Shown in pieces: positions 32,801 through 47,300 of a DNA stretch of 64,000 nt. How positions within the stretch are numbered: position 1 is the first letter of the stretch; the number at the start of each line of letters is the position of its first letter. The translations under genes were made by a program, and so were the position numbers. Origin of the DNA: Eledone cirrhosa (taxonomy: Eukaryota); contig OZ024742.1 in NCBI GenBank assembly GCA_964016885.1, positions 371,690,001 through 371,754,000 of the forward strand, in the 5' to 3' direction. The notes below the pieces were generated by a model. The model ran no database searches. It was given only the letters and a program-made list of their open reading frames with translations, and had not been told where the DNA came from.

Positions 32801-33200
32801 TACTCTAAATAATAGTCTACCTACTCTAAATGATACAGTCTACCTACTCTAAATGATAGTCTACCTACTCTAAATGATACAGTCTACCTACTCTAAATGA
32901 TAGTCTACCTACTCTAAATGATAGTCTACCTACTCTAAATGATACAGTCTACCTACTCTAAATGATAGTCTACCTACTCTAAATGATACAGTCTACCTAC
33001 TCTAAATGATACAGTCTACCTACTCTAAATGATAGTCTACCTACTCTAAATGATACAGTCTACCTACTCTAAATGATAGTCTACCTACTCTAAATGATAC
33101 AGTCTACCTACTCTAAATGATAGTCTACCTACTCTAAATGATACAGTCTACCTACTCTAAATGATAGTCTACCTACTCTAAATGATAGTCTACCTACTCT
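17900..33200 (+). repeat. Higher-order repeat domain with ~5-6 kb period plus nested ~1-2 kb duplications, rich in TGA-type monomers
   Basis: GATCGTCTACGT at 19826, 24801 and 30623, each followed ~100 bp later by AAAGAATAG. Triplets of GATGCAG monomers begin near 18271, 20461, 25438 and 31214. AGAGTGTATC near 18758, 22633, 23685, 27826 and 28836. Confidence 0.85.
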
Positions 33201-36200
33201 AAATGATACAGTCTACCTACTCTAAATGATAGTCTACGTACTCTAAATGATACAGTCTACCTACTCTAAATGATAGTCTACGTACTCTAAATGATACAGT
33301 CTACCTACTCTAAATGATAGTCTACCTACTCTAAATGATACAGTCTACCTACTCTAAATGATACAGTCTACCTACTCTAAATGATACAGTCTACCTACTC
33401 TAAATGATAGTCTACCTACTCTAAATGATACAGTCTACCTACTCTAAATGATAGTCTACCTACTCTAAATGATACAGTCTACCTGCTCTAAATGATAGTC
33501 TACCTACTCTAAATAATACAGTCTACTTACTCTAAATGATAGTCTACCTACTCTAAATGATAGTCTACCTACTCTAAATGATAGTCTACCCACTCTAAAT
33601 GATAGTCTACCTACTCTAACTCATACAGTCTACCTACTCTAAATGATAGTCTACCTACTCTAAATGATAGCCTACCTACTCTAAATGATAGTTTACCTAC
33701 TCTAAATGATAGTCTACCTACTCTAAATGATAGTCTACCTGCTCTAAATAATAGTCTACCTACTCTAAATGATAGTCTACCTACTCTAAATGATAGTCTA
33801 CCTACTCTAAGTGATAGTCTACCTACTCTAAATGATACAGCCTACCTACTCTAAATGATAGTCTACCTACTCTAAATGATAGTCTACCTACTCTAAATGA
33901 TACAGTCTACCTACTCTAAATGATAGTCTACCTACTCTAAATGATACAGTCTACCTACTCTAAATGATAGTCTACCTACTCTAAATGATAGTCTACCTAC
34001 TCTAAATGATAGTCTACCTACTCTAAATGATAGTCTACCTACTCTAAATGATAGTCTACCTACTCTAAATGATACAGTCTACCTACTCTAAATGATAGTC
34101 TACCTACTCTAAATGATACAGTCTACCTACTCTAAATGATAGTCTACCTACTCTAAATGATAGTCTACCTACTCTAAATGATAGTCTACCTACTCTAAAT
34201 GATAGTCTACCTACTCTAAATGATAGTCTACCTACTCTAAATGATAGTCTACCTACTCTAAATAATAGTCTACCTACTCTAAATGATAGTCTACCTACTC
34301 TAAATCATATTGTCTACCTACTCTAAATGATAGTCTACCTACTCTAAATGATACAGTCTACCTACTCTAAATGATAGTCTACCTACTCTAAATGATAGTC
34401 TACCTACTCTAAATAATAGTCTACCTACACTAAATGATACAGTCTACCTACTCTAAATAATAGTCTACCTACTCTAAATGATACAGTCTACCTACTCTAA
34501 ATGATACAGCATACCTACTCTAAATGATAGTCTACCTACTCTAAATGATACAGTCTACCTACTCTAAATGATAGCCTATCTACTCTAAATGATAGTCTAC
34601 CTACTCTAAATAATAGTCTACCTACTCTAAATAATAGTCTACCTACTCTAAATGATACAGTCTACCTACTCTAAATGATACAGCCTACCTACTCTAAATG
34701 ATACAGTCTACCTACTCTAATTGATACAGTCTACCTACTCTAAATGATACAGTCTACCTACTCTAAATGATAGTCTACCTACTCTAAATGATACAGCCTA
34801 CCTACTCTAAATGATACAGTCTACCTACTCTAAATGATAGTCTACCTACTCTAAATGATACAGTCTACCTACTCTAAATGATAGCCTACCTACTCTAAAT
34901 AATACAGTCTACCTACTCTAAATAATACAGTCTACCTACTCTAAATGATACAGTCTACCTACTCTAAATGATAGTCTACCTACTCTAAATGATACAGTCT
35001 ACCTACTCTAAATGATACAGCCTACCTACTCTAAATAATAGTCTACCTACTCTAAATGATAGTCTACCTACTCTAAATAATAGTCTACCTACTCTAAATG
35101 ATACAGTCTACCTACTCTAAATGATAGCCTACCTACTCTAAATGATACAGTCTACCTACTCTAAATAATAGTCTACCTACTCTAAATGATACAGTCTACC
35201 TACTCTCAATGATAGTCTACCTACTTTAAATGATACAGTCTACCTACTCTAAATGATAGTCTACCTACTCTAAATGATAGTCTACCTACTCTAAATGATA
35301 CAGTCTCCCTACTCTAAATGATACAGTCTACCTACTCTAAATGATACAGTCTACCTACTCTAAATGATAGTCTACCTACTCTAAATGATACAGCCTACCT
35401 ACTCTAAATAATAGTCTACCTACTCTAAATGATAGTCTACCTACTCTCAATGATAGTCTACCTACTCTAAATGATACAGTCTACCTACTCTAAATGATAG
35501 TCTACCTACTCTAAATGATAGTCTACCTACTCTAAATGATACAGTCTACCTACTCTAAATGATACAGTCTACTTACTCTAAATGATAGTCTACCTACTCT
35601 AAATGATAGTCTACCTACTCTAAATGATACAGTCTACCTACTCTAAATGATAGTCTACCTACTCTAAATGATAGTCTACCTACTCTAAATGATACAGTCT
35701 ACCTACTCTAAATGATAGTCTACCTACTCTAAATGATAGTCTACCTACTCTAAATAATACAACCTACCTGCTCTAAATGATAGCCTACCTACTCTAAATG
35801 ATAGTTTACCTACCCTAAATGATAGTCTACCTACTCTAAATGATACAGTCTATCTACTCTAAATAATAGTCTACCTACTCTAAATAATGGTCTACCTACT
35901 CTAAATGATACAGTCTACCTATTCTAAATGATAGTCTACCTACTCTAAATAATGGTCTACCTACTCTAAATGTTACAGTCTACCTACTCTAAATGATAGT
36001 CTACCTACTCTAAATGATACAGCCTACCTACTCTAAATGATACAGTCTACCTACTCTAAATGATAGTCTACCTACTCTAAATAATACAGACTACCTACTC
36101 TAAATGATAGTCTACCTACTCTAAATGATACAGTCTACCTACTCTAAATGATAGTCTACGTACTCTAAATGATACAGTCTACCTACTCTAAATGATAGTC

Positions 36201-38700
36201 TACGTACTCTAAATGATACAGTCTACCTACTCTAAATGATAGTCTACCTACTCTAAATGATACAGTCTACCTACTCTAAATGATACAGTCTACCTACTCT
36301 AAATGATACAGTCTACCTACTCTAAATGATAGTCTACCTACTCTAAATGATACAGTCTACCTACTCTAAATGATAGTCTACCTACTCTAAATGATACAGT
36401 CTACCTGCTCTAAATGATAGTCTACCTACTCTAAATAATACAGTCTACTTACTCTAAATGATAGTCTACCTACTCTAAATGATAGTCTACCTACTCTAAA
36501 TGATAGTCTACCCACTCTAAATGATAGTCTACCTACTCTAACTCATACAGTCTACCTACTCTAAATGATAGTCTACCTACTCTAAATGATAGCCTACCTA
36601 CTCTAAATGATAGTTTACCTACTCTAAATGATAGTCTACCTACTCTAAATGATAGTCTACCTGCTCTAAATAATAGTCTACCTACTCTAAATGATAGTCT
36701 ACCTACTCTAAATGATAGTCTACCTACTCTAAGTGATAGTCTACCTACTCTAAATGATACAGCCTACCTACTCTAAATGATAGTCTACCTACTCTAAATG
36801 ATAGTCTACCTACTCTAAATGATACAGTCTACCTACTCTAAATGATAGTCTACCTACTCTAAATGATACAGTCTACCTACTCTAAATGATAGTCTACCTA
36901 CTCTAAATGATAGTCTACCTACTCTAAATGATAGTCTACCTACTCTAAATAATAGTCTACCTACTCTAAATGATACAGCCTACCTACTCTAAATGATAGT
37001 CTACCTACTCTAAATGATAGTCTACCTACTCTAAATGATACAGTCTACCTACTCTAAATGATAGTCTACCTACTCTAAATGATACAGTCTACCTACTCTA
37101 AATGATAGTCTACCTACTCTAAATGATAGTCTACCTACTCTAAATGATAGTCTACCTACTCTAAATGATAGTCTACCTACTCTAAATGATAGTCTACCTA
37201 CTCTAAATGATAGTCTACCTACTCTAAATAATAGTCTACCTACTCTAAATGATAGTCTACCTACTCTAAATCATACAGTCTACCTACTCTAAATGATAGT
37301 CTACCTACTCTAAATGATACAGTCTACCTACTCTAAATGATAGTCTACCTACTCTAAATGATAGTCTACCTACTCTAAATAATAGTCTACCTACACTAAA
37401 TGATACAGTCTACCTACTCTAAATAATAGTCTACCTACTCTAAATAATAGTCTACCTACTCTAAATGATACAGTCTACCTACTCTAAATGATACAGCATA
37501 CCTACTCTAAATGATAGTCTACCTACTCTAAATGATACAGTCTACCTACTCTAAATGATAGCCTATCTACTCTAAATGATAGTCTACCTACTCTAAATAA
37601 TAGTCTACCTACTCTAAATAATAGTCTACCTACTCTAAATGATACAGTCTACCTACTCTAAATGATACAGCCTACCTACTCTAAATGATACAGTCTACCT
37701 ACTCTAATTGATACAGTCTACCTACTCTAAATGATACAGTCTACCTACTCTAAATGATAGTCTACCTACTCTAAATGATACAGCCTACCTACTCTAAATG
37801 ATACAGTCTACCTACTCTAAATGATAGTCTACCTACTCTAAATGATACAGTCTACCTACTCTAAATGATAGCCTACCTACTCTAAATAATACAGTCTACC
37901 TACTCTAAATAATACAGTCTACCTACTCTAAATGATACAGTCTACCTACTCTAAATGATAGTCTACCTACTCTAAATGATACAGTCTACCTACTCTAAAT
38001 GATACAGCCTACCTACTCTAAATAATAGTCTACCTACTCTAAATGATAGTCTACCTACTCTAAATAATAGTCTACCTACTCTAAATGATACAGTCTACCT
38101 ACTCTAAATGATAGCCTACCTACTCTAAATGATACAGTCTACCTACTCTAAATAATAGTCTACCTACTCTAAATGATACAGTCTACCTACTCTCAATGAT
38201 AGTCTACCTACTTTAAATGATACAGTCTACCTACTCTAAATGATAGTCTACCTACTCTAAATGATAGTCTACCTACTCTAAATGATACAGTCTACCTACT
38301 CTAAATGATACAGTCTACCTACTCTAAATGATACAGTCTACCTACTCTAAATGATAGTCTACCTACTCTAAATGATACAGCCTACCTACTCTAAATAATA
38401 GTCTACCTACTCTAAATGATAGTCTACCTACTCTCAATGATAGTCTACCTACTCTAAATGATACAGTCTACCTACTCTAAATGATAGTCTACCTACTCTA
38501 AATGATAGTCTACCTACTCTAAATGATACAGTCTACCTACTCTAAATGATACAGTCTACTTACTCTAAATGATAGTCTACCTACTCTAAATGATAGTCTA
38601 CCTACTCTAAATGATACAGTCTACCTACTCTAAATGATAGTCTACCTACTCTAAATGATAGTCTACCTACTCTAAATGATACAGCCTACCTACTCTAAAT
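33200..38700 (+). repeat. Tandem duplication of a ~2.9-3.0 kb block
   Basis: CTAACTCATAC at 33616/36538 (offset 2922) and TCTCAAT at 35204/38191 (offset 2987). Shared CCCACT, GTTTAC, AAGTGA and GCATAC variants occur in the same order. Confidence 0.85.
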
Positions 38701-41700
38701 GATAGTCTACCTACTCTAAATAATACAGCCTACCTGCTCTAAATGATAGTCTACCTACTCTAAATAATACAGTCTACTTACTCTAAATGATAGTCTACCT
38801 ACTCTAAATGATAGTCTACCTACTCTAAATGATAGTCTACCCACTCTAAATGATAGTCTACCTACTCTAACTCATACAGTCTACCTACTCTAAATGATAG
38901 TCTACCTACTCTAAATGATAGCCTACCTACTCTAAATGATAGTTTACCTACTCTAAATGATAGTCTACCTACTCTAAATGATACAGTCTATCTACTCTAA
39001 ATAATAGTCTACCTACTCTAAATAATGGTCTACCTACTCTAAATGATACAGTCTACCTACTCTAAATGATACAGTCTACCTATTCTAAATGATAGTCTAC
39101 CTACTCTAACTCATACAGTCTACCTACTCTAAATGATACAGTCTACCTACTCTAAATGATAGTCTACCTACTCTAAATGATAGTCTACCTACTCTAAATG
39201 ATAGTCTACCTACTCTAAATGATAGTCTACCTACTCTAAATAATAGTCTACCTACTCTAAATGATAGTCTACCTACTCTAAATGATACAGCCTACCTACT
39301 CTAAATGATAGTCTACCTACTCTAAATAATAGTCTACCTACTCTAAATGATAGTCTACCTACTCTAAATGATAGTCTACCTGCTCTAAATAATAGTCTAC
39401 CTACTTTAAATGATACAGTTTACCTACTCTAAATGATACAGTTTACCTACTCGAAATGATAGTCTACCTACTCTAAATAATACAGTCTACCTACTCTAAA
39501 TGATAGTCTATCTACTCTAAATAATAGTCTACCTACTCTAAATGATAGCCTACCTACTCTAAATGATAGTCTACCTGCTCTAAATAATAGTCTACCTACT
39601 CTAAATGATAGTCTACCTACTCTAAATGATAGTCTACCTACTCTAAATGATAGTCTACCTACTCTAAATGATAGTCTACCTACTCTAAATAATAGTCTAC
39701 CTACTCTAAATGATAGTCTACCTACTCTAAATGATACAGCCTACCTACTCTAAATGATAGTCTACCTACTCTAAATAATAGTCTACCTACTCTAAATAAT
39801 AGTGTACCTACTCTAAATGATACGGTCTACCTACTCTAAATGATACCGCCTACCTACTCTAAATAATAGTCTACCTACTCTAAATAATAGTCTACCTACT
39901 CTAAATAATACCCTACCTACTCTAAATTATACGGTCTACCTACTCTAAATAATACAGCCTACCTACTCTAAATGATACAGCCTACCTACTCTAAATAATA
40001 GTCTACCTACTCTAAATAATAGTCTACCTACTCTAAATGATACAGCCTACCTACTCTAAATGATACAGCCTACCTACTCTAAATGATAGTCTACCTACTC
40101 TATATGATACAGTCTACTTTCTCTAAATGATAGCCTACCTACTCTAAATAATACAGTCTACCTACTCTAAACGATAGTCTTCCTACTCTAAATGATAGTC
40201 TACCTGCTCTAAATAATAGTCTACCTACTCTAAATGATAGTCTACCTACTCTAAATGATAGTCTACCTACTCTAAGTGATAGTCTACCTACTCTAAATGA
40301 TACAGCCTACCTACTCTAAATGATAGTCTACCTACTCTAAATGATAGTCTACCTACTCTAAATGATAGTCTACCTACTCTAAATGATAGTCTACCTACTC
40401 TAAATAATAGTCTACCTACTCTAAATGATAGTCTACCTACTCTAAATGATACAGCCTACCTACTCTAAATGATAGTCTACCTACTCTAAATGATACAGTC
40501 TACCTATTCTAAATGATACAGTTTACCTACTCTAAATGATAGTTTACCTACTCGAAATGATAGTCTACCAACTCTAAATAATACAGTCTACCTACTCTAA
40601 ATGATAGTCTACCTACTCTAAATGATAGCCTACCTACTCTAAATGATAGTCTACCTGCTCTAAATAATAGTCTAACTACTCTAAATGATAGTCTACCTAC
40701 TCTAAATGATACAGCCTACCTACTCTAAATGACAGTCTACCTACTCTAAATAATACAGCCTACCTACTCTAAATGATAGTCTACCTACTCTAAATGATAG
40801 CCTACCTACTCTAAATAATACAGTCTACCTACTCTAAATAATAGTCTACCTACTCTAAATGATAGCCTACCTACTCTAAATAATACAGTCTACCTACTCT
40901 AAATGATAGTCTACCTACTCTAAATGATACAGCCTACCTACTCTAAATGATAGTCTACCTACTCTAAATGATAGTCTACCTACTCTAAATGATACAGCCT
41001 ACCTACTCTAAATGATAGTCTACCTACTCTAAATAATACAGCCTACCTGCTCTAAATGATAGTCTACCTACTCTAAATAATACAGTCTACTTACTCTAAA
41101 TGATAGTCTACCTACTCTAAATGATAGTCTACCTACTCTAAATGATAGTCTACCCACTCTAAATGATAGTCTACCTACTCTAACTCATACAGTCTACCTA
41201 CTCCAAATGATAGTCTACCTACTCTAAATGATAGCCTACCTACTCTAAATGATAGTTTACCTACTCTAAATGATAGTCTACCTACTCTAAATGATACAGT
41301 CTATCTACTCTAAATAATAGTCTACCTACTCTAAATGATACAGTCTACCTACTCTAAATGATACAGTCTACCTATTCTAAATGATAGTCTACCTACTCTA
41401 AATAATGGTCTACCTACTCTAAATGATAGTCTACCTACTCTAAATGATAGTCTACCTACTCTAAATGATAGTCTACCTACTCTAAATGATAGTCTACCTA
41501 CTCTAAATAATAGTCTACCTACTCTAAATGATAGTCTACCTACTCTAAATGATACAGCCTACCTACTCTAAATGATAGTCTACCTACTCTAAATAATAGT
41601 CTACCTACTCTAAATGATAGTCTACCTACTCTAAATGATACAGTCTACCTACTTTAAATGATACAGTTTACCTACTCTAAATGATACAGTTTACCTACTC

Positions 41701-44700
41701 GAAATGATAGTCTACCTACTCTAAATAATACAGTCTACCTACTCTAAATGATAGTCTATCTACTCTAAATAATAGTCTACCTACTCTAAATGATAGCCTA
41801 CCTACTCTAAATGATAGTCTACCTGCTCTAAATAATAGTCTACCTACTCTAAATGATAGTCTACCTACTCTAAATGATAGTCTACCTACTCTAAATGATA
41901 GTCTACCTACTCTAAATGATAGTCTACCTACTCTAAATAATAGTCTACCTACTCTAAATGATAGTCTACCTACTCTAAATGATACAGCCTACCTACTCTA
42001 AATGATAGTCTACCTACTCTAAATAATAGTCTACCTACTCTAAATAATAGTGTACCTACTCTAAATGATACGGTCTACCTACTCTAAATGATACCGCCTA
42101 CCTACTCTAAATAATAGTCTACCTACTCTAAATAATAGTCTACCTACTCTAAATAATAGTCTACCTACTCTAAATTATACGGTCTACCTACTCTAAATAA
42201 TACAGCCTACCTACTCTAAATGATACAGCCTACCTACTCTAAATAATAGTCTACCTACTCTAAATAATAGTCTACCTACTCTAAATGATACAGCCTACCT
42301 ACTCTAAATGATACAGCCTACCTACTCTAAATGATAGTCTACCTACTCTATATGATACAGTCTACTTTCTCTAAATGATAGCCTACCTACTCTAAATAAT
42401 ACAGTCTACCTACTCTAAACGATAGTCTTCCTACTCTAAATGATAGTCTACCTGCTCTAAATAATAGTCTACCTACTCTAAATGATAGTCTACCTACTCT
42501 AAATGATAGTCTACCTACTCTAAATAATACAGTCTACCTACTCTAAATGATAGTCTACCTACTCTAAATGATAGTCTACCTACTCTAAATAATAGTCTAC
42601 CTACTCTAAATGATACAGCCTACCTACTCTAAATGATAGTCTACCTACTCTAAATGATAGTCTACCTACTCTAAATGATAGTCTACCTACTCTAAATAAT
42701 AGTCTACCTACTCTAAATAATAGTCTACCTACTCTAAATAATAGTCTACCTACCCTAAATAATAGTCTACCTACTCTAAATAATAGTCTACCTACTCTAA
42801 ATAATAGCCTACCTACTCTAAATGATACAGCCTACCTACTCTAAATAATAGTCTACCTGCTCTAAATGATACAGTCTACCTACTCTAAATAATAGTCTAC
42901 CTACTTTAAATGATAGTCTACCTACTCTAAATAATAGACTACCTACTCTAAATGATAGTCTACCTACTCTAAATGATACAGTCTACCTACTCTAAATGAT
43001 AGCCTACCTACTCTAAATGATACAGTCTACCTACTCTAAATGATAGTCTACCTACTCTAAATGATACAGCCTACCTACTCTAAATGATACAGCCTACCTA
43101 CTCTAAATGATACAGTCTACCTACTCTAAATGATAGTCTACCTACTCTAAATGATACAGTGTACCTACTCTAAGTGATAGCCTACCTACTCTAAATGATA
43201 CAGTCTACCTACTCTAAATGATAGTCTACCTACTCTAAATGATACAGTCTACCTACTCTAAATGATAGTCTACCTACTCTAAATGATAGTCTACCTACTC
43301 TAAATGATACAGCCTACCTACTCTAAATGATAGTCTACCTACTCTAAATAATACAGCCTACCTGCTCTAAATGATAGTCTACCTACTCTAAATAATACAG
43401 TCTACTTACTCTAAATGATAGTCTACCTACTCTAAATGATAGTCTACCTACTCTAAATGATAGTCTACCCACTCTAAATGATAGTCTACCTACTCTAAAT
43501 GATACAGTCTATCTACTCTAAATAATAGTCTGCCTACTCTAAATAATGGTCTACCTACTCTAAATGATACAGTCTACCTACTCTAAATGATACAGCCTAC
43601 CTACTCTAACTCATACAGTCTACCTACTCTAAATGATAGCCTACCTACTCTAAATGATAGTTTACCTACTCTAAATGATAGTCTACCTACTCTAAATGAT
43701 ACAGTCTATCTACTCTAAATAATAGTCTGCCTACTCTAAATAATGGTCTACCTACTCTAAATGATACAGTCTACCTACTCTAAATGATACAGTCTACCTA
43801 TTCTAAATGATAGTCTACCTACTCTAAATAATGGTCTACCTACTCTAAATGATACAGTCTACCTACTCTAAATGATAGTCTACCTACTCTAAATGATAGT
43901 CTACCTACTCTAAATGATAGTCTACCTACTCTAAATGATAGTCTACCTACTCTAAATAATAGTCTACCTACTCTAAATGATAGTCTACCTACTCTAAATG
44001 ATACAGCCTACCTACTCTAAATGATAGTCTACCTACTCTAAATAATAGTCTACCTACTCTAAATGATAGTCTACCTACTCTAAATGATACAGTCTACCTA
44101 CTTTAAATGATACAGTTTACCTACTCTAAATGATACAGTTTACCTACTCGAAATGATAGTCTACCTACTCTAAATAATACAGTCTACCTACTCTAAATGA
44201 TAGTCTATCTACTCTAAATAATAGTCTACCTACTCTAAATGATAGCCTACCTACTCTAAATGATAGTCTACCTGCTCTAAATAATAGTCTACCTACTCTA
44301 AATGATAGTCTACCTACTCTAAATGATAGTCTACCTACTCTAAATGATAGTCTACCTACTCTAAATGATAGTGTACCTACTCTAAATAATAGTCTACCTA
44401 CTCTAAATGATAGTCTACCTACTCTAAATGATACAGCCTACCTACTCTAAATGATAGTCTACCTACTCTAAATAATAGTCTACCTACTCTAAATGATAGT
44501 CTACCTACTCTAAATGATACAGTCTACCTACTCTAAATGATACAGTTTACCTACTCTAAATGATACAGTTTACCTACTCTAAATGATAGTCTACCTACTC
44601 TAAATGATAGTCTACCTACTCTAAATGATACAGTTTACCTACTCTAAATGATACAGTTTACCTACTCTAAATGATAGCCTACCTACTCTAAATGACAGTC

Positions 44701-47300
44701 TACCTACTCTAAATAATACAGCCTACCTACTCTAAATGATAGTCTACCTACTCTAAATGATAGCCTACCTACTCTAAATAATACAGTCTACCTACTCTAA
44801 ATAATAGTCTACCTACTCTAAATGATAGCCTACCTACTCTAAATAATACAGTCTACCTACTCTAAATGATAGTCTACCTACTCTAAATGATACAGCCTAC
44901 CTACTCTAAATGATAGTCTACCTACTCTAAATGATACAGCCTACCTACTCTAAATGATACAGCCTACCTACTCTAAATGATACAGTCTACCTACTCTAAA
45001 TGATAGTCTACCTACTCTAAATGATACAGCCTACCTACTCTAAATGATAGTCTACCTACTCTAAATGATAGTCTACCTATTCTAAATGATAGTCTACCTA
45101 CTCTAAATAATAGTCTACCTACTCTAAATAATAGTCTACCTACTCTAAATAATAGTCTACCTACTCTAAATAATAGTCTACCTACTCTAAATAATAGCCT
45201 ACCTACTCTAAATGATACAGCCTACCTACTCTAAATAATAGTCTACCTGCTCTAAATGATACAGTCTACCTACTCTAAATAATAGTCTACCTACTTTAAA
45301 TGATAGTCTACCTACTCTAAATGATAGTCTACCTACTCTAAATAATAGACTACCTACTCTAAATGATAGTCTACCTACTCTAAATGATACAGTCTACCTA
45401 CTCTAAATGATAGCCTACCTACTCTAAATGATACAGTCTACCTACTCTAAATGATAGTCTACCTACTCTAAATGATACAGCCTACCTACTCTAAATGATA
45501 CAGCCTACCTACTCTAAATGATACAGTCTACCTACTCTAAATGATAGTCTACCTACTCTAAATGATACAGTCTACCTACTCTAAATGATAGCCTACCTAC
45601 TCTAAATGATACAGTCTACCTACTCTAAATGATAGTCTACCTACTCTAAATGATACAGTCTACCTACTCTAAATGATAGTCTACCTACTCTAAATGATAG
45701 TCTACCTACTCTAAATGATAGTCTACCTACTCTAAATGATAGTCTACCTACTCTAAATGATAGTCTACCTACTCTAAATGATAGAGCCTACCTACTCTAA
45801 ATGATAGTCTACCTACTCTAAATAATACAGCCTACCTGCTCTAAATGATAGTTTACCTACCCTAAATGATAGTCTACCTACTCTAAATGATACAGTCTAT
45901 CTACTCTAAATAATAGTCTACCTACTCTAAATAATGGTCTACCTACTCTAAATGATACAGTCTACCTATTCTAAATGATAGTCTACCTACTCTAAATAAT
46001 GGTCTACCTACTCTAAATGATAGTCTACCTACTCTAAATGATACAGCCTACCTACTCTAAATGATAGTCTACCTACTCTAAATGATACAGCCTACCTACT
46101 CTAAATGATACAGTCTACCTACTCTAAATGATAGCCTACCTACTCTAAATGATAGTCTACCTGCTCTAAATAATAGTCTACCTACTCTAAATGATAGTCT
46201 ACCTACTCTAAATGATACAGCCTACCTACTCTAAATGACAGTCTACCTACTCTAAATAATACAGCCTACCTACTCTAAATGATAGTCTACCTACTCTAAA
46301 TGATAGCCTACCTACTCTAAATAATAGTCTACCTACTCTAAATGATAGCCTACCTACTCTAAATAATACAGTCTACCTACTCTAAATGATAGTCTACCTA
46401 CTCTAAATGATACAGCCTACCTACTCTAAATGATAGTCTACCTACTCTAAATGATACAGCCTACCTACTCTAAATGATACAGCCTACCTACTCTAAATGA
46501 TACAGTCTACCTACTCTAAATGATAGTCTACCTACTCTAAATGATACAGCCTACCTACTCTAAATGATAGTCTACCTACTCTAAATGATAGTCTACCTAC
46601 TCTAAATGATAGTCTACCTACTCTAAATAATGGTCTACCTACTCTAAATGATACAGTCTACCTATTCTAAATGATAGTCTACCTACTCTAAATAATGGTC
46701 TACCTACTCTAAATGTTACAGTCTACCTACTCTAAATGATAGTCTACCTACTCTAAATGATACAGCCTACCTACTCTAAATGATACAGCCTACCTACTCT
46801 AAATAATAGTCTACCTGCTCTAAATGATACAGTCTACCTACTCTAAATAATAGTCTACCTACTTTAAATGATAGTCTACCTACTCTAAATGATAGTCTAC
46901 CTACTCTAAATAATAGACTACCTACTCTAAATGATAGTCTACCTACTCTAAATGATACAGTCTACCTACTCTAAATGATAGCCTACCTACTCTAAATGAT
47001 ACAGTCTACCTACTCTAAATGATAGTCTACCTACTCTAAATGATACAGCCTACTACTCTAAATGATACAGCCTACCTACTCTAAATGATACAGTCTACCT
47101 ACTCTAAATGATAGTCTACCTACTCTAAATGATACAGTGTACCTACTCTAACTGATAGCCTACCTACTCTAAATGATACAGTCTACCTACTCTAAATGAT
47201 AGTCTACCTACTCTAAATGATACAGTCTACCTACTCTAAATGATAGTCTACCTACTCTAAATGATAGTCTACCTACTCTAAATGATAGTCTACCTACTCT
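38700..47300 (+). repeat. Higher-order domain with ~2.2-2.5 kb duplicated blocks
   Basis: ACCGCC at 39845/42093 (offset 2248). TACTTTCT plus AAACGATAGTCTTCC near 40115-40185 and 42363-42430. CTCGAAA near 39450, 40551, 41698 and 44147. Confidence 0.8.
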